DNA of 63,976 nt, the filler included, from Ministeria vibrans ATCC 50519 (Eukaryota > Protista > Filasterea): the NCBI GenBank assembly GCA_943704425.1. It is 13 parts of 13 records of this genome, joined end to end, with 100 filler letters (N's around TTAATTAATTAA, not from the genome) between each part and the next. Parts side by side here need not be neighbours in the genome. Positions count along the whole stretch, not along the records: positions 59,556 to 61,684 come from CALSCP010000648.1; positions 61,785 to 62,865 come from CALSCP010001684.1; positions 62,966 to 63,976 come from CALSCP010001978.1; 10 more parts are not named here. The stretch is one strand, 5' to 3'. Below are positions 60,431-63,976 of the stretch, one piece after another. Every line of letters begins with the position of its first letter. Position 1 is the stretch's first letter. The position numbers were made by a program, and so were the translations under genes. The notes beneath the pieces are model-generated. The model made no database searches, had not been told where the DNA came from, and saw nothing but the letters and a program-made list of their open reading frames with translations.

Positions 60431-61567
60431 CTTTCGGTAGAGCTGCGAGACAACTTTGATCTGCTGTCCGCGAGTGAGTAGGTAGGAGAAGGGTACTCCA
60501 GTGACACGAGCCATTTCCATATAGTTGATGATGCACATGAGTTTGTCGAGCAGTCGCAAGGGCAGGTACGCATCCTGAAGACACAAAAATTCAACAAAAT
60601 AAAAATAATAATATTTTTTTTAATGATTATTCTTTCTTACCTTGAGACAGTAGACTGCAAGGCGGCGGCGAGTTTGAGAATTCCCGTCTTGAAGATCGCC
60701 AATGATTGAGTAGTGAACGTCTTCCTTTTGTTCGCCAAGAAAATGAGCGGAGACGGCGTTCAGGGTGTAGGAGCGGAGTTTGTAGTCGCGTTGGAGAATC
60801 TGCAACACGTCAAACTGACAGCGACCCTCGATTGCAATGAGCTTGGACTCGCGCGTGCCGTAGGCTTTGCTGGAAAACTTGGTGTCCTTCATTTGAGTGC
60901 GGACACCACGAATGCGGCCGAGGAAGGGAAAAGACTGAATCTTGAGAGCGGTGGCGCGATTGAGGAGGTAGGGCAAGTCGAAGTTGACAATATTGTAGCC
61001 GGTGATGATGTCGGGGTCGACTTCGCGCACAAGCTCGGCCCAGCAGGTAAGTAAACGACGCTCCGACTCGAGCATGTTCTCGCCGTAAAACGGATAGACG
61101 GTGCTGCCGACAATGTTGGCGCATGTGTTGAGTGTCATGACAGTGCGCACAAAAGGCTTGCTGTCGCCCTGACGCTGCACCATAGTCGCAATTTGAATGA
61201 CCGGATCGTGCTCGGCCTCTGGGAAGATTCCCTTGCGACCCGAGCACTCAATGTCAAAGCTCATGACACGCAACGGCGCTACTTTGCTCCACTCGCCCTC
61301 GGCGGCGTGACTCACAAATGCATTCCAGGCAACGTCCACCTCGTACTGACAGCGCGAGCGCACTCCATCGCCCTGTCGCAGACGGTACTTGCCCACCGGA
61401 AGTTCGATCCAGTTGCAACCCACCACTTGCGTATCAATCATGAAGCGAAGGGGAAATTCGAGGTTCGATTCGTAAGGCATGTAGCCACGTGCCGGCAATT
61501 CGCACGAGGAGAAGCCCCCACCTTCCAGCACACGACGGGCCACAGCAATGTGTCGAGGCAAAAGGAC
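59681..61567 (-). CDS. POLD1: DNA polymerase delta catalytic subunit, internal fragment
   Basis: [23 protein letters not shown]|DAYLP, RGQQIKV and [17 protein letters not shown]. Confidence 0.97.
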
Positions 61568-61586
61568 CTATCGAAAAAGAAGATTA

Positions 61587-61684
<98 letters not shown>

Positions 61685-62188
61685 NNNNNNNNNNNNNNNN
61701 NNNNNNNNNNNNNNNNNNNNNNNNNNNNTTAATTAATTAANNNNNNNNNNNNNNNNNNNNNNNNNNNNNNNNNNNNNNNNNNNNTCTTTGTGTTTGATTT
61801 TTTATGGCGTCTTTCTTCTTGCGCTTTGCATCTGTCAGTAACATAATGATAATGCATAATTAATAGTGCATCTGGTTATGAATTTTTCTACTATTGCAAA
61901 GACGTTATCTTTTTAATTTGGTGTTATAATTAGTGTGTGGTGGAACCATTAGATTACCATTAATAATTTATGAATATGTAATTATTATTATTATTAATTA
62001 TAATTTTGAAAGATGTACACCTTCCTCGTATTACCAATATTTTGAAGGATTTTTACCCTTGTCGTTAACGCGCGTTGTGCTGACCTATACGTATCGTATC
62101 CTTTTATGTTTTGTGGGGCCGGTTGGAGAGTTTTGATACTAGTAATCAGCTTTCTTCACGATTTTAATATAATTATGATTATGTACAG

Positions 62189-62709
62189 CAGCACAAAGTG
62201 GACGTCCGCGAAGAGGCACCGGAGCAGATGACAGTGCGCATGCTTGACTTCTTGCGCATCCTTCAGTACCGTGCGCCTGCGTCCGTCTCTGGCAGTGACT
62301 TCCGCCATGCACTAGTCCAAGGCGATCGAGACACCGTCTGCCACATTCTCGCGTGGATCCTTCCACGTCTCACTGAGCTTCGAAAGCGCGCGTACCTGGC
62401 GCGCTTTCTCGTTCCAATCGAAGTAAGAAAATTGGAAGCAATATACTCATGAATCAATGTTGAAAAATTGTCCTAAACCATGCTGATTTATAGGTGCCGG
62501 GAGAGTATATGGGCGAGCCGGGCATGCCAGAGCTCGTTGAAGACTATCAGGCGCTGATTGGCCAGTTCAAAGAGGTCCATCGCAGTGTGCAGGAGCAAGG
62601 GAAAAGTGTGGGCGGACAGAGTACTGCAGCGACAGTGCGGGCGGACATTCGCGCAATGGAGGAGGAGCGTACCTTGCTTGTGCGACGCATTGAGCGCGAA
62701 AAGAAAAAG
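62189..62709 (+). CDS. IFT81: Intraflagellar transport protein 81, internal fragment
   Basis: VDVREEAPEQM..RML..LRILQY and ELRKRAYLARFLVPIE|VP. Confidence 0.9.
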
Positions 62710-62747
62710 GTGACAACAGCAATAATAACAATAATTAATTTAATAAC

Positions 62748-62865
<118 letters not shown>

Positions 62866-62965
62866 NNNNNNNNNNNNNNNNNNNNNNNNNNNNNNNNNNN
62901 NNNNNNNNNTTAATTAATTAANNNNNNNNNNNNNNNNNNNNNNNNNNNNNNNNNNNNNNNNNNNN

Positions 62966-63073
<108 letters not shown>

Positions 63074-63165
63074 TCTTCCGATCGTTGTTGTTGTTCTACT
63101 CATTATAATTATTATTTTTTCTAATTTATTATCTTCTAATTATTATTATCTATCATGTCCCACAG

Positions 63166-63453
63166 ATGAACTCTGTTCTGACACGAATGGGCACGGAACT
63201 GTCAATGCTCGATGGGTCGGTCAACGAGAGCCAACCCACAACCCCTTCGGCATCCGACGGTGCGGGCCCCTCGTCTCCCGTCCCCAAGATGGAGGCCTCT
63301 TTCACTTCTGCTCACCACGATCAGGCTGACGCACACTCTTCGTCTCCATCTCCCTCTTCCGCTTCACCTCCTCACTCATCTGATGCAACAGAGGCAGACG
63401 AGATGCGTCGTCGTCGCCTCCGTCACTTCTCCTCCTCAACCGATCCCAAATAA
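63166..63453 (+). CDS. Last exon of a protein ending in a p97-binding-like motif (HRD1/synoviolin-like)
   Basis: Acceptor CACAG at 63165; low-complexity tail ending EMRRRRLRHF. Confidence 0.45.
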   Translation: MNSVLTRMGTELSMLDGSVNESQPTTPSASDGAGPSSPVPKMEASFTSAHHDQADAHSSSPSPSSASPPHSSDATEADEMRRRRLRHFSSSTDPK

Positions 63454-63522
63454 AATAAAACTTCACCGCCCTCTACGTATTTTCTTTTCTTCTTAACAAA
63501 ACAATGGACAGCGTTTTTCAAT

Positions 63523-63888
63523 TTAATCCTCATCCTCATCGTCGTCGGCTGCGCCGCCGCCGCCGCTGGACTTCATCGAGCGACGCTTGACACGTCCCGG
63601 TCGGCCACCGCCGTACGGCGACTTGTGCGACAGGTCAATGTGCTTCTCCGAGTCAACACGCACGGCAAAGCTGGGCACGTTGACAAGCTGCTTGCCGACA
63701 CGGATGTGGCGCTGACGGATGAGCACGCGAGCGTGGTGAATCGACTTGGCGAGTCCCTTCTTGAAGACTTGCGTCTGCAGACGGCGCTCCAGGAAGTCCT
63801 CAACCTTGAGGCCGAGAATGTAATCGAGCTTCAGGCGCTCCTCGTCGAGGACACCGAGACGGACCAGGCGACGCAGAAGAGCGTTACC
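63523..63888 (-). CDS. RPS9: 40S ribosomal protein S9 (uS4), last exon
   Basis: [32 protein letters not shown] and GRPGRVKR. Confidence 0.97.
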   Translation of the reverse strand, partial: GNALLRRLVRLGVLDEERLKLDYILGLKVEDFLERRLQTQVFKKGLAKSIHHARVLIRQRHIRVGKQLVNVPSFAVRVDSEKHIDLSHKSPYGGGRPGRVKRRSMKSSGGGGAADDDEDED

Positions 63889-63976
63889 CTAAGACAACAA
63901 ACAGAAACACCAACTTTATCAACTGGATTGTGGCGCGTAAAACGCGCGTAGGGTTCTCGCAACTGCACAATGCGAC

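Noticed and set aside
60235-60597. Poly-Tyr/Leu/Ile ORFs, and SLSL/ERER/CVCV ORFs elsewhere
   Set aside because: Translations of intronic (TAA)n, (GA)n and (CA)n microsatellites, or of N gaps

Overview
Eukaryotic, intron-rich protist DNA: mostly GT-AG introns, many (GA)n/(CA)n/(TAA)n microsatellites, TTAGGG telomere repeats, and IFT81, so the organism is flagellated. The window is not one locus. It is 13 contigs joined by artificial 100-nt linkers (N44-TTAATTAATTAA-N44), so adjacency across a linker means nothing. Most content is housekeeping genes, often partial: Rho, TMEM38, alpha-adaptin, PIPOX, ATG3, synergin gamma, PCCA, RagC/D, RPB2, FNTB, Pumilio, thioredoxin, DnaJ, cyclophilin, POLD1, IFT81 and RPS9. 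The most interesting part is the telomere-capped contig at 32913-39579. It carries a divergent gene pair: a spliced gene with a degenerate AEP/PrimPol-like domain whose stop codon is supplied by the telomere repeat, and an intronless phage-type SF3 (D5/DUF5906-like) helicase. An iteron-like repeat/hairpin lies between them. This is a candidate telomere-linked primase-helicase element. Other highlights are a head-to-head pair of immunity-related (IRG/IIGP-like) GTPases with myristoylation-type N-termini and an altered G4 motif, an alpha/beta-hydrolase fused to WS/DGAT, a caspase-domain protein, an alpha-adaptin lacking its ear domain, an espin-like PxWK-repeat protein, and a Cys-rich protein built from phase-0 mini-exons. 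All family assignments come from recognising motifs by eye; no database searches were run.
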